Of a stretch of DNA of 64,000 bases, positions 24,601 to 37,940 are shown piece by piece. The notes under the pieces are model-generated. The model did not search any database and had not been told where the DNA came from. It was given only the letters and a program-made list of their open reading frames with translations. Origin of the DNA: Carcharhinus amblyrhynchos. Taxonomy: Eukaryota. Positions within the stretch are counted from its first letter, which is position 1; every line of letters starts with the position of its first letter. The DNA lies in contig OZ336885.1 of assembly GCA_965287045.1 (NCBI GenBank), positions 61,628,001 through 61,692,000 of the forward strand. Direction: 5' to 3'. Made by a program: the position numbers and the translations under genes.

Positions 24601-27314
24601 AGAAATAATTTCGGCAATTGATCACGGGTATTCAATTAAGTTTTTTTTTACGTTTATGGTGTGATATTTGTTTCCTGAGTATATTGAAAAACAAGTCGGA
24701 TTCCGACGCTTACAGATATGACTCCCCCAGTTCCCTAAAATTATTGAAACTTCATGCAATTCCAGGACATTCTGTGGGAGACGGGCGTTTGATGTCCAAA
24801 CGTAATAACTTACGAAATAGGCATCATAACATGGTCTGGTCACGACGCCTTGTATTCCTCTTGTTAAACTTGATACAGACAATTTCAGCATCTAGCTGCA
24901 TGTTCAAATGATTCTCGCTCTTTTTGCGAAATTTATTTAAAAAACACTTGATTGAAATGTGGGAGGATAGAATTTGGATTTTGTAAAGTGGTAAAATGTT
25001 AAGAAGAGGAAGCAATACAATGGTCTGTTTAAATGTGTTTTCTGCGCGCTTAAAGGTTTGAAGATCAGGTATATGGAGTTCACAAAATTGAAACAACTGT
25101 ATCCAAAGACCAAACAGCAATGTTACCAAGGCAGCAGGCTTGCACGCATTTCGATCTATTGACTTGCACCGATAAATTTGAATTAAACACTTAGATGTCA
25201 TGAAACTATTAAACTAAAATCCATAGTTTTGCAGCCAAGGGGAAATACCATTGCGGAAATATTTGTATGATACCACGGATATAAAATAAGAGACAAAGTC
25301 GCAGTTAACATCCATCTGCCATAACTCTTAAGCTCTTAACTCAAACACTAAGGTAGATACAGGGGAAAAGATGAAAGAAGAAGGAGGAAAAAACAAACAA
25401 ATCAAATCTGAACGCAGAATATTCCAGAAGACACAAAACTTCGTTGCAATTTACAGATTGGCTTTCATTCTAGTTGATTTTTCATGAATGAGAATTGTAT
25501 TTATTGGAACAACATTCTATTGCAATTGTGTTTTAGTTCGTTTGATAATAGTTCAGTCAAGTCTCCCATTCTTGGTTACATTAAAATAAATCTGGATCAT
25601 TTCAGAGAGCGTGTCAGAGAGTTATTTTAATTTGGTCTGTTTGAGAACAGATTGTACAAATTCACATTCACTTTTCGCAGATTGTAGAATGGTGTATGGG
25701 CCGAGTAAGTTCTCAGCGTTGGAGGAGACGGGCGGTGGGAAGGAGGGGGGGGGGGGGTGGTGGTGTGGGGCGGAGGGATGTGACCGGCCCAAGATCTAAA
25801 TCTACTCCTAAATAAACGATCATTGAGACGTGGAAAATCTATGAAATGTTGGCGCCTTGTTGTCGGTTGAATCAAAAGAGGGGGAATGGGTTTAAACGTT
25901 GCTCATGTGTTATTGGAGTTCGAAAGTGCTTCCCAACTTTGTCACGAAAGTTTAGAAATACAAATAAATGACACTTGTAGTTGTGGCAAAAATGCAACAT
26001 TGGATTCAAGCGGGGATAAAAGGAATGATGAAAGTATAATGGAGTTAGCCAAGTATTTATGTGTGTCAGGGCAACAGTAATGTGCAGTGGAGTTAGAAGA
26101 GATAAAACTGCAAATAAGACAATTGGAGTTGGAAAGTTAACCTAAAAGGCTGGAGATAGAAAAAAAATGAAGAAGGGGAAAGATTATTCGAGTTGGAAAG
26201 GATGATGTTGGAATGGCAAACAGAAAACAAAACATCCAGTGACAGACGTAAAAGTTCAAGTTAGAAGTGAAAATGGACAAAATTATCGTAGCCATCCGTC
26301 TGGTAGCCATACATTGAAATATGACCACATATTATCAAAACCTGATAAAGAAAGAAGCAAGATTTTTGTTGTTGTTGTTTTCATTCCATTGAGAAATTGG
26401 CTACGCATGTAAACTGGCTAGATGAGGTGTGGGTAATGTAAATTCAGGCCAAATTGATGAGCAGGGCTACTGAAATATTAGCAGCGCTGTCAGACTAAGT
26501 GTCAGGAAAATTTGGAGAAGGAAAGCATGATATTTTGAGTTCTTACAAATGTCTATCGATAATACATTAAGTTTAAATCTGGCGGCGTTTACAAACTAGG
26601 TCTAATCTTCTTGTGGGGAAAAAAATGATACGTAACCACAGGCATACAAGAAGGGGGCAGTGGAGCAACGGAAAAATAACTTTTGCCAGCCACATCTCTA
26701 TGCTCAAAGCTCGAATTCTCATCGAGATAATAAAGTTATTAAAGAGGAACGAAGAAAGAAAGAAGAGGAAAGAATCAACAGAGAAGAGCGAATTTATTCT
26801 GGAAGACATAAAGCTGATTTTAATTTGGAGTGGCTGACATCCATTTTTTTTCATGTGTGGGAATTTCATTAGTTGGACCTGCATTCTATTGGAATCGTAT
26901 TTTACTCGATGTGACAATAGTTCAGTTTTATTTAGATAAATAAATTGTTATTTCTGGATTTTAGAGATGGTACTGGAGATTTTTTTTTAACAACTTAAAG
27001 TTGTTGCAGAGCAGATCGTACCAATGTCCACGTACATTGTTATTACAGATTATGGTAGGTGCTCCACTTTAAGTAGTTCGGTGTTAGTTCTCAGCGGAAG
27101 GATCAACTTCTGACTTAAAAACATTCTATTTATACGATTGCTGCTATGACTTATCTTATATTGCTCGGAAGGTAAGTAGCCGATGTATAGATTAATATGT
27201 GAAATGAATCGAGAACACCCCCACAGATTTCAGAGCTCACGCGTCAAGGAAGCGCAGTTATGTTGTCACTTCTGTTGCAAATCTGAACTTCTGCTCAGAA
27301 GCGTCCGACATGGC

Positions 27315-27400
27315 ATGTAATGAAGTGGTAGTCCCCCAAAAGCTCTTGGTAGCAAATAAACATGTTGGACTTTAACCTGACGTTGTGAGGCTTCTTGCTA
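27315..27400 (+). mobile_element. Penelope-type terminal repeat remnant
   Basis: aatgaag...aaaagct...aaataaacatgttggactttaacctg..gttgtgag resembles a common shark Penelope end (recalled from memory, not searched). Confidence 0.5.
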
Positions 27401-28721
27401 TATTATGACACGTAAGGAGATGGTTATATGTAGCTGTGTATTAAATATTTCCGCCTCCAAATGTCAGAAATATGCAAGGGCACAAGATCAGTCGTCGTTC
27501 CATCGAAGTGGTTTTTATTATCTAACCCAACGTGGCACTTTGCGAGCGGTGGGCTTACCGAGTACCAGGCGGCAATATAATGTGTGTCAACATCCCTGGC
27601 ATCGTTGAGAATAAAGCCTCATACACCACCTGCTGAATTTAGAAGTGTAATGACTACTGAGGCACACAGTGGTCCAGGTCGTCATGATATTGCCATGTTC
27701 CAAACATCTATTACTTTAGTAGCTGATACGTGGCAAATAGTCAATGAATTTCACATGTAACCATAGCCATGGCCACCCTGCTAATTTGCACCTCCTAGTC
27801 TTCACGAATGCTAACGAATCCTACGTGAAGACAATCGCAGATCATGTCCGTCAACCCGTCCAGCGAATTGGCCGATGATTGATATGATTTCCCAATAGGA
27901 TATGTATGCATTTTATCGATGACGCACATTGTGATTCTTTCAGCTGAATAACCTAAATGGCAGAAATCCACTGATTTAGTTCCCCAGCAATGCCTTGGAT
28001 AACCGTGGTCAATCTGTCTGCTTTATACTTCAAACAATGTTGTCAGTAAGTTCCTTTTGGGAATGCTTCCATTAAAAAAAAGTTTTCCAATTAATCACCA
28101 TTTTCTCCATCATTATAAAATACTGTTTTCATCTCATAACGATATGCATGTGAGGTTTCATGATGAGTAAAAGATGAAATACACCAGCTCTCTAATCAGC
28201 AAAATCGGAGTTCTACGCTGCCAATAAAACATGAGTTGATTTCGGAATTAATAATGGCAACGTCCCAAGTTCTTATTTGCACTGTACATCTGTTCCTGCC
28301 AGATGATTGTTGCTCTGACAACCTACGGCACTATACTGTCGGTTAAATGAAACTGAATTTATCCTATTTCGAGAAGGAACCAAAAATACTCTCAGTTATG
28401 AACGACGATAATTCAACTCTCACACCGCATAACCTGGAAGTGTTGCATAGCAATTCCCGAAACCAGGCATTTGTATGCTAATCTATCCGTTTCCAATCCT
28501 CGCGTTTTGTTGACTCATTTGAGATCTGGAGCTAACGAGTACATCAAGAATTATTAGCAAGAAATAGTTTATAGAATGTTTTCCTCTGACACTTCATGAA
28601 AAACTATCCAATATTCGGTGGCAGGCATTCATCCTCATTTAGATCACTGTGTCTCACGATATGACTCCAAAAGTGCACGTCATATTTAATTCCTTCTGCA
28701 TAAGGAGCATTTTCAACCCAC

Positions 28722-29496
28722 CACTCTTTGCCGTCCAACAGAGGGTCCTCGGGGTCCTTGTGCATGAGTCGCAAAAACCCAGCCTGCAGGTGCAGCAGGT
28801 GGTCAGGAAGGCTAATGGGATGCTGGCCTTCATAGAGAGGGGGATTGAATATAAAAGTAGGGAGGTCTTGCAGCAGCTGTATAGGGCATTGGTGAGGCCG
28901 CAGCTGGAGTACTGTGTGCAGTTTTGGTCGCCGCACTTATGCAAAGATATTTTGGCCTTGGAGGGAGTGCAGAGGAGGTTTACTAGGCTGATACCGGAGT
29001 TGAGGGGGTTGGGCTATGAGGAGAGGCTGAATAAACTCGGCTTGTACTCGTTAGAGTTCAGAAGAATGAGGGGGATCTCATTGAGACATATAAGATGATG
29101 AATGGGATGGATATGATCGAGGTGGAGAGACTCTTCCCGCTCAGAAAGGACAGTAGGACTAGGGGGCACAGCCTCAAGATAAAGGGAGGGGGGGGGGGCG
29201 ACGGTTTAGAACGGAGTTGAAGGGGGACTTCTTCACTTAAAGGGTGGTGAATCTCTGGAATTCTCTGCCCGTTGAAGTGGTGGAGGCTGCCTCGCTAAAT
29301 ATTTTTAAGACGCGGATTGATGGGTTTTTGATAAGCGAGGGGATTGAGGGTTATGGGGAGAGGGCGGGAATGTGGAACTGAGCAACGACAGATCAGCCAT
29401 GATCTTATTGAATGGCGGGGCAGGCTCGAAGGGCTAGGTGGCCTACTCCTGCTCCTACTTCTTATGTTCTTATGTTCTTTTTGGCAGCGTCCAGTT
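28722..29496 (-). pseudogene. 36-nt micro-exon (E)LDAAKNWTAKS split by a CR1 insertion (halves 29478-29496 and 28722-28738)
   Basis: tttcgcatccag|AACTGGACGCTGCCAAAAA joined to TTGGACGGCAAAGAGTG|gtgggt gives 19+17 = 36 nt, open in phase 1. Confidence 0.75.
28739..29477 (+). mobile_element. Young 5'-truncated CR1/HER1-type LINE
   Basis: Highly similar to 184-917; ORF 28649-29098 contains LEYCVQFWSP; (CTTATGTT)n tail. Confidence 0.95.
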
Positions 29497-29978
29497 CTGG
29501 ATGCGAAAGGAGATAAGTCTTCAAAACGGCATGATTTGGAACTGGCTATTTCATATGTTTGCAATTTCTGTAAAAAAAAAGTGGACAAATGCCCGAAATG
29601 ACTATGTGTTGAGCAATCTACATGCGATGAAAAAGAAAACGATTTAAACAAAAAAAAAGTTGAATCCAGTTTTCCTTCACTAGTGCGGAAATGTCTGTAA
29701 ACACATTCAGTTTTGAATTCTTCATGAAGTGAAACACATCGACAGAATAAACTATCCAATATTTTCAATAAACTCCCTTTTCTTCATAAGGCTCTTTGGA
29801 AACATAATGGGTACGCCAGATAATGGCAATATCATTAACAGAAATAACGTTGGCGACATCTAGAAATGAATGCTAAACATATCGAATCAGCTGACGGGCA
29901 TGACTGTTTGAACGAGCATCTCTTATTCTACCTTGTAATGTCATTGTTATATGATGTTTCAATACTAAAAATGATTAC

Positions 29979-30005
29979 CGTCTTGCTTTGCAATCAGTTT
30001 TTCTT
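29979..30005 (-). CDS. 27-nt phase-1 micro-exon, (E)EKLIAKQD
   Basis: cattcttctacag|AAGAAAAACTGATTGCAAAGCAAGACG|gtaatc. Confidence 0.85.
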
Positions 30006-30364
30006 CTGTAGAAGAATGTGAATTAACGGTAAGTGTCAACACCATCGATTATTTCGAAGATATCAGGACAATATTGCATTTTTCGATATCTCTGTGACAA
30101 GGGAATTATCGCAGCTGAACATTAATCTGAACAGAACGTTGCTCAAATGTAATATAAAAAAAACACTCTATGGACCGCCTAAATGCATTGATCTTGCTGT
30201 TGTACAGTTTGACATTTAATTCCATGGAAGTAAATAGATCTGATAACGCAACTTGGATAAAACGATCCGTCAAAGCAATGATCCCCATGGGGCCAATCTG
30301 TCTCACTTCAATTTATAGTCCGGTCATCGAACGTGTATTTCGTTCTTCCGATTTGTTTACTCAC

Positions 30365-30400
30365 CTGAGTCTTTCAATGCTTTTTTGCACGTTGTGAGCT
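30365..30400 (-). CDS. 36-nt phase-1 micro-exon, (E)LTTCKKALKDS
   Basis: taacttgttccag|AGCTCACAACGTGCAAAAAAGCATTGAAAGACTCAG|gtgagt. Confidence 0.85.
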
Positions 30401-30994
30401 CTGGAACAAGTTAAACGAATTCATGGAAAATATAGTTTACGTGATTAATTTGAATGCTGTGCCGACCTTCATCATAATTTCAAACTGTTTGTTAGCATAC
30501 TTCCCATCGCCTAGCGCATTTTCTTTGCGCAAGGGAAGTGGGAAAATTAATAGAAGAAATATTGAGATATCTGACGAAAATACTTGCCAAAGACTCAGCG
30601 ATGTGTATGCAGTAATATATCATAACGACAATAAATAGCGAAGCTGAGCTGTACATAAGATAACCCCGAGCATTAAGATAATTCTACTTTGAAGAGCGCC
30701 TTGGCAGTTGTAAGGCGTCGGCAACAGCTATCACACAAGTTGTCATTTTTGGAGAACAGCAAATAAGTGGCAGTGTTATTTGTTGTGGTGAGTTTCAGGA
30801 AGGGATGAGTCACAGCATTCATGTGTCAGCCTCCACCCACACAACCACCCCGCCCACTCATCTCTCATTAAACACCCTCTCCCCTACCCCTTTCCCCTCC
30901 CCTTCCCTCATCCCCTTCTCAGGCAGTAACCGATTATGGAAAGTTATAACTTATTCGACAGTTTTGATTTGATTTGATGTGATTTATTTTTGTC

Positions 30995-31080
30995 ACATTG
31001 AGCAGCTTCATCAGGGGCTTTCGCTCCATCATAAGGCGAGAAGTCAGGATGTTCGCTGATGATTGCACAATGTTCAGCAC
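30995..31080 (+). mobile_element. Old LINE RT fragment, 5' half of the element interrupted by the LTR element
   Basis: atgttcgctgatgattgcacaatgttcagcac reads MFADDCTMFS (RT YADD motif) and continues at 36562. Confidence 0.8.
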
Positions 31081-31752
31081 TGAAGTAGGGAAAGGGTTAA
31101 TGGTTTTGTAATTAGAATATGTTGCAAACATAATCTTTCATTGTGATTGATCTTCTCAAGCTTATACTGCTCCTGGCAGTAATATAAGTTATTTGTGCAT
31201 GTATTACATACTTTAACTTTCATTTTTATAAAGACAGATAGTTTAATGTGGCTGTTAATGTGTGCACTTTGCAAATCTTACCTGCTTGTGTTGGTTGGAT
31301 ATCATTATACAGATGGTTCTTTACAATAACGGCTTTTGACAGCTCCTGATGGCAGATTGTGATACCGGCTTTAAACAGGAAGAGCCCTGCTGGGACAGCC
31401 ACGATCGCGCAAGTAACTTCAAAGACAGGGATGCCGGTACTGCTGCAGAAAGGCTTTGAACCGTAACCGTGCGCCATGACTGCAGCTACCAGTTGGGCTG
31501 TGAATTGTGATTAAACCTGGGGCTGTATCACGACCTAGGAAGGAAGGCCCGGAGTTCTGGCCGGAATGAGAAACTTGGAATCGTGATTGACACGAAGACT
31601 CATGATGTATACATGACCACTTGGGTTTGCCTTCTATGAGAAGTCTGTTAGTCCTACTACTCCCAAAATTCTAGAATAAAGCTCAGAGTTTTCAAAGAAA
31701 AATCACTGTATTTTGACTCACTAACAGCCTGAGGTATTATTTTACCGACACA
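31081..31752 (+). repeat. 5' LTR (672 bp)
   Basis: Collinear with 35294-35681 joined to 36317-36561. Confidence 0.9.
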
Positions 31753-34700
31753 ATTTGCTGTCGAATGTCGGGATCTGGTTGCTGGCTCAGATTGGATGGC
31801 CACAATCTGGGTACTGGAATAGATCATTGAACTTAATAGGGTGAGGCAAACTACAGTGGGGAATCATTTGTGATGAGAGTCTGTGATGAGAGACTTGAGG
31901 GTGCGAACGAGGTCTATACTGAAGATATGCGGACAAGGAGGCATTTCTCTTTAAACAAAAGCCTTAGACCGGTTGTTAAGAGGTGAAATCCCCCATGCGA
32001 TGGTCAGGAGTTTGAAGTGGGTGCAAAAGACTGAAGAAAGATGCTCTGACTGTGATGTTCAGATATCAGTGGGAAAGAGAGTCATTGATCACCGGAATTG
32101 AAGGAAAAGCCGGCTTAAAATTGAGTTTGATAGTGTAAGTTTGATCGTGTATGTTTGCAAGTGTAAGCGTTGGTACGGAGGACATTGATCACCACTGACA
32201 GGTATTACCGGACTCTGATAAGAGCAGCCTAGAAGTAGGAAAGTGAGATGGGAGAACGGAAGACTCCAGGTGGTAAGTATAAACTTATGTGTATTATGGT
32301 GGGTTCAGAAGGACAGTGCGCACCCCCGGTATCCCTGATAGATGAATACATAATTGACAGGAACAAATTCACTAAACAGGTGGGATAAAGGGGGTGGAAC
32401 TCATCTCATCCGTTAGACCAAAAACAAAAATGGTTGGGCAAGGAAAAGAAAGACAGAACTTAGAAAATTGGAGTCCTCTTAGTTCACCAATTAGTTGGAT
32501 TAATTGAACAAGTCTCAGTCTTTGATAAGAAATGGGCTGACGACAAAGCAAAAATCAAATTGTTCGAATCATGCAATAGAGAACAAGAAAAGAGTAACCA
32601 AATTTTTGGGAAGCATCCTAATTTGGGGAGCGACTCTTCAGAGTATATCAAGAATGTTTGGGAGTGCCCGAATCTGCCAGAACTAATAGAGTATTTTTTT
32701 TGTACAAGCATAAAAAGATGGGCTGTCACCAGTTTGCAAAAAAAACCTTAAAATGGGAATTCTCAGAGTGCAGAACTAGGACGAATTAGTCGAATGACAA
32801 TCTGGAATTAAAGATGGACCAGATGAGAAACCGTAAGGAAAAATCTTAGGATTTGTATTTCAGTGTGTTTGTCTGACCTGCTTGCTTGTTGAATGTAGGT
32901 GGTTGTTGTTGTATCAGATTGAGAGGAGAGAAGGTTTGTTCTCGTGGAGTATTTATTGTAGATAATAAATGCAATGCTTTACACTTTGGTTTAACTTCAA
33001 GGGGCTGGGGAAGTGTTAGAACTGTTAAATGTTAAGTGTAAGATTTCTTGAATTCACTTCTGTTTTGAGTTTAATTACAGTTCGGAAGAAAAAAAAAAGA
33101 AGGCGACTGTCTAAATTCGTTTTCTTTCTTTCGTTCTTTCAATGTTTTCTTTACATCCCAGTTCAAATTGTAGGATTTGAATAAAGGACAATGTGGGATC
33201 AATGTTGGAAGCTTCCATGTGTGTCTGCGTTTGTTTAGTAAAATTGTTGGGATGTTTATGACATTGTTTTTGTTGTTTTTAACATTTTAATGTTCTTTCC
33301 TTAATTGTGATTTTACAACAGCCGGTTTGATACAGAGTTTAAATAAACATTAGAAAGAATTTCAAAAGCAAGGTATACAAAATGCAATTTGGAATAACCA
33401 GTTTGAATTTTGAATAATCCTTGGTTCAAAGTTTGTTACAAATGTATTTAAACCTTGCGAGGAACCATGTGCTCTTTCCTTTGTCTTGAAAAAAGTCGTT
33501 TGAGACTAAGTTAATGAATTTGGCTCCTAACTGAAAGTATTTTTGTGTTTTGTTTTACGTAGATTACTCATGAATGACAAGCAAGATTGTTTTTCACAGC
33601 ATAGTGATAATTGCGAGTTGAAAAGTTTGGTTCATTCAGATTTTTTCATTGTCAACTTTTGAATTAAAGTTATTGGTTAAACTTAAGTGTTACATTTAAT
33701 TGATAGAATTAATTGAGTGCATAAAATAACGAACTTGTAAATGGAAAATTGCCTGAAGTTGTAAGAAGTAAGTAAATTTAATTTTGACAAATGGAAGATA
33801 ATGGAAATAAAATCTGCATGGGTTTTGTCTTTCAAAGAGGGATGTAGTCCGACATATTCTCAGTTTATGATGTAACCATTTGAAGGCGAGACAATGTTAG
33901 AAAGTAATGTCTGTTTGTTATGTGACCTTACTATACTGAGTAAGTGTATCTGTGGTAACCTTCATGTTCACATGTAAAGTTTGTCGAATTGATGTGTGTT
34001 AATGCTAACATATTTTCTGAAAGGCTAAGGGGTCTGGAGAGTGTCAATGACTTTACAACAGATGACGGTATTTTTCTTTGTATTTAGTTATTTGGCGTTC
34101 TAAGTGTTAAAATACATAAAAGAGAACAAATAAACCATTTGTGCAAATTACGTTATTCATAAATAAATTCACAGAATGATGGAGGACTTTCCTCTACAAT
34201 TTGTTAAACTGATGGAAACTTTTGAATTACTTTTAGTTTTACTTTGCTTACGTTGTGTTAATTGGATCATAAAAGAACAATGTATGTGTGTGCCAGAAGG
34301 TGATAGGTTTTGGACCGTTTCTGTGCAAGTTTAAATTTGACATGATATCTCTGACATGAAGTGTTTAATATGCAAATTTGGATCATTTTTGAAATATGAA
34401 TGCTTTGGAGTGTTAAACCTACCTCTTCAGCCCTTTTTTTGGTTGCATGACCCTCCAAAATCCAAATTTAGATGTTATTTCCTTTTGCATTTATATTAAT
34501 GATTTAGTATTGTCCTGTGCATAATTCTGAACCTAAAATGATGTTTAGAATATGCGACTACGTATATTTGTAGCATATTTTGTCTGTACCTTCTAGAATT
34601 TCAATATGTTGGGGGAATGTATTATTACTGTGCACGTCAATGTCTAGGCGTTGCTTGACATTTGAGTGACTGGGGGATTCCTGACAAACACTGGTCCTGT

Positions 34701-35293
34701 GATCCATCATGCTTCGCGTTCAGGGTGGAAAGGAGATATGTGACCTATGTGCCTCCAGTATCCACAGACATGACCGATACCCAGAGATCGCTGTGGCAGC
34801 GCCTGACTGGACTCTCATCAATAAGGGGGATCAAGTCCTGATTGATTGATTGGCAATGACCAAAAGGGGCGTGAAACCCAACCAAGAAGTAGTTACAGCA
34901 ATAGTGACTATCACCAGCGACAACCAGCAGTTGGAGAGCCACCAGAAGCGTGAAGGAAGGAAGGAAAACCAAAGCTACAGTGCCAAGCTAGACCGAAGAA
35001 CTATAATACGCAGAGGACGACCAAGACCGATGCACAAATAAAGTCCAGTGTTTGCTCGGGTACCTGCCAGTTAGGCAAGATTAAGTCAAGGTCTCGTATT
35101 GGACTTGAACTTTTATAATTTCACGTAAGATAATTTATTGTTGGTTGAGTGGGTGCTTATTGATTGTGTGGGCACAAAGAACGCCAAGTTGTCTTTTTTT
35201 TTGAACTGGGCGTGGGTCCATATGCTGGTAACATTTGGCTTTGGATTGGTCATGAGGCCACACTTGCGCCTGGCAGAGACCAAAAGGGGGGAG

Positions 35294-36561
35294 TGAAGTA
35301 GGGAACGAGTTAATGCATTTTGTAGTCAGAATATGTCGCCAATGTAATCATTCATTTTGACTGTTCTTCTCAAGCTTATACGAATCCTGGCAATAATATA
35401 ACTGATTTGGTCATGTATTACATGCTTTAACTCTCATTTTTTATAAAGGCAAATAGTTTGATGTAGCTGTTATTTTGTAGACTTTGCTAATCTTATCTAT
35501 TTGTGTTAGTTGGACATCATTACACAGATGGAGTTTACAATACCAGCTTTTGACAGCTGCTTATGGCAGATCACGATACCAGTTTTAAACAAGAAGACAA
35601 GGATGCCGGTACTGCTGCAGAAAGCTTTTGAATCATGACCGTGTGTCGTGACTGCAGCCGCCAGCTGGAATATGAATCATGGGGGCGAGGGGGATTGAAT
35701 ATAAAAGTAGGGAGGTCTTGCTGCAGCTGTATAGGACATTGGTGAGGCCGCAGCTGGAGTACTGTGTGCAGTTTTGGGCGCCGCACCTGCGCAAAGATAT
35801 TTTGGCCTTGGAGGGAGTGCAGAGGAGGTTTACTAGGCTGATACCGGAGTTGAGGGGGTTGAGCTATGAGGAGAGGCTGAATAAACTGGGCTTGTACTCG
35901 TTAGAGTTGAGAAGAATGAGGGGAGATCTCATTGAGACGTATAAGATGATGAATGGGATGGATAGGATAGAGGTGGAGAGACTCTTTCCGCTCAAAAAGG
36001 ACAGTAGGACTAGGGGGCACAGCCTCAAGATAAAAGGGGGGCGGTTTAGAACGGAGTTGAGGAGGAACTTCTTCACTCAAAGCGTGGTGAATCTCTGGAA
36101 TTCTCTGCCCGTTGAAGTGGTGGAGGCTGCCTCGCTAAATATTTTTAAGAGGCGGGTTGATGGGTTTTTGATAAGAGAGGGGATTAAGGGTTATGGGGAG
36201 AAAACGGGAAAGTGGAACTGAGCCACGACAGATCAGCCATGACCTTATTGAATGGCGGAGTAGGCTCGAAGGGCTAGATGGCCTACTCCTGCTCCTATTT
36301 CTTATGTTCTTCTGTTATGATTAAACCTGGGACTGTATCACGACCAAGGAAGGAAGATGCGGAGTTCGGGCCGGAATGGGAATCTTGGAATTGTGATTGA
36401 CACTAAGATTCATGCTCTATAAATGTCTACTTGTGTTTGTGTTGTATGAGAAGCCTGTTGCCCTTCTTCTCCCAAAATTCTGGAATAAACTCCAGAGTTT
36501 TGAAATAAATCCACTGTATGTTGACTCTCTAACAGTCTGAGGTATTATTATACCTATAACA
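35294..36561 (+). repeat. 3' LTR, interrupted by CR1 and lacking ~42 bp relative to the 5' LTR
   Basis: Direct comparison with 31081-31752; the indel is bounded by AAGA repeats. Confidence 0.9.
35682..36316 (+). mobile_element. Young 5'-truncated CR1/HER1-type LINE inside the 3' LTR
   Basis: ORF 35679-36221 is the CR1 RT C-terminus; tail cttatgttcttctgtt; ATG is present at both junctions. Confidence 0.95.
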
Positions 36562-37360
36562 GCACCATTCACGACTCTTCAAATATTGAAGCAGTCCATT
36601 TCAAATGCAGCAAGATCTGAACAATATCCAGGTTTGGGCTTACAAGTAGCAAACAAAAACACCAAACAAATGCCAGGCCCTCTAACCACCAGTGTGCAAC
36701 CATCACTGAATCCTCTGTTGTCTTTATCATTGGGATTAACATTGACCAGAAACTCAAAAATACTAAAAACAAAGTGGGGGTCAGCGCTCAGAACACTGCG
36801 ACGAGTAACTTACTTTCTGACGCCCCAGAGCCTATTCACACCATCTACAATGCACAAGTCAGGAGTGAGATGAAATAACCCCCACTTGCCTGAATGGTTG
36901 CAGCTCCAAGAACACTCAAGAAACTTGACAACATCCAACACAAAGCAGCCAACTTGGTTGCAGAGCATCTACAAACACCACCACCACCACCAAAGCTCAG
37001 TAGCAGCAGTGCATGTTCTCTAGAAGATGCACTGCAGCAATTCACCAATGATTTTAGATAGCAACTTATAAAACCATGACCACTTCCATCTAGCTGGACA
37101 GGACAACAGATAATTTGGAACAACACCACCTGCAAGTTCTCCTCCAAGCCCCTCACCATCCTGACTTGGAAATGTATCGTCGTTCCTACACGGTCGCTGG
37201 GTCACCACCCTGAACTCCCTGCCCAACGGCATTGTGGGCGAACGCACAGAATATGGACTGCACCGATTCAAGCAAGCAGTTCGCCACCACCTTCTCAAGG
37301 TCAACGAGGGATGGGCATTAAATGTTGGTCAGCCAACGACGCCTTTGCCCATCGAATGAA
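36562..37360 (+). mobile_element. Old LINE, 3' half (RT C-terminus and 3' end)
   Basis: Continues the FADDCTMFS frame (accattcacgactcttca = TIHDSS); same family as 5000-5730 and 58420-59250. Confidence 0.8.
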
Positions 37361-37460
37361 ATTGAAAAAAAATATACGTGCTAGCATAGAGTGAAATGTG
37401 TAATTTTTCCGCGCTATGCAGAAAATGCATACCGTTCATAGAAAAGAAAACGAGAGAGTG

Positions 37461-37940
37461 CATAAGAACATAAGAACATAAGAAATAGGAGCAGGAGTAG
37501 GCCATCCAGCCCTTCGAGCCTGCTCTGTCATTCAATAAGATCATGGCTGATCTGTCGTGGCTCAGTTCCACATTCCCGCCCTCTCCCCATAACCCTTAAT
37601 CCCCTCGCATGTCAAAAACCCATCAACCTGCGTCTTAAAAACATTTAGCGAGGTAGCCTCCACCACTTCAACGGGCAGAGAATTCCAGAGATTCACCACC
37701 CTTTGAGTGAAGAAGTTCCTCCTCAACTCCGTTCTAAACCGCCCCCCTTTTATCTTGAGGCTGTGCCCCCTAGTCCTACTGTCCTTTCTGAGCGGGAAGA
37801 GTCTCTCCACCTCTATCCTATCCATCCCATTCATCATCTTATACGTCTCAATGAGATCTCCCCTCATTCTTCTAAACTCTAACGAGTACAAGCCTAGTTT
37901 ATTCAGCCTCTCCTCATAGCTCAACCCCCTCAACTCCGGC
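37461..37940 (-). mobile_element. Young CR1/HER1-type LINE 3' end, forming the 3' terminus of the CORO2A-derived insertion
   Basis: ORF 37562-37942; the tail reads cataagaacataagaacataagaa on the plus strand. Confidence 0.95.

Larger units (their letters stand above)
31081..36561 (+). mobile_element. Two-LTR ERV-like element with no intact internal ORF
   Basis: 5' LTR 31081-31752 and 3' LTR 35294-36561 both run TGAAGTAGGG...ACA; 4-bp TSD GCAC at 31077-80 and 36562-65; PBS-like TGCTGTCGAATGTCGGGA at 31756; PPT AAAAGGGGGGAG at 35282-93; AATAAA in both LTRs. Confidence 0.9.

Noticed and set aside
28288-28314. 27-nt AG..GT segment (EQQSSGRNR) as a micro-exon
   Set aside because: Poor acceptor, and its final T would form TAG or TAA with the next exon.
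35679-36221. 180-aa ORF with an LTR-derived ATG as a new chimeric gene
   Set aside because: It is only the CR1 RT C-terminus, open because the insertion is young.
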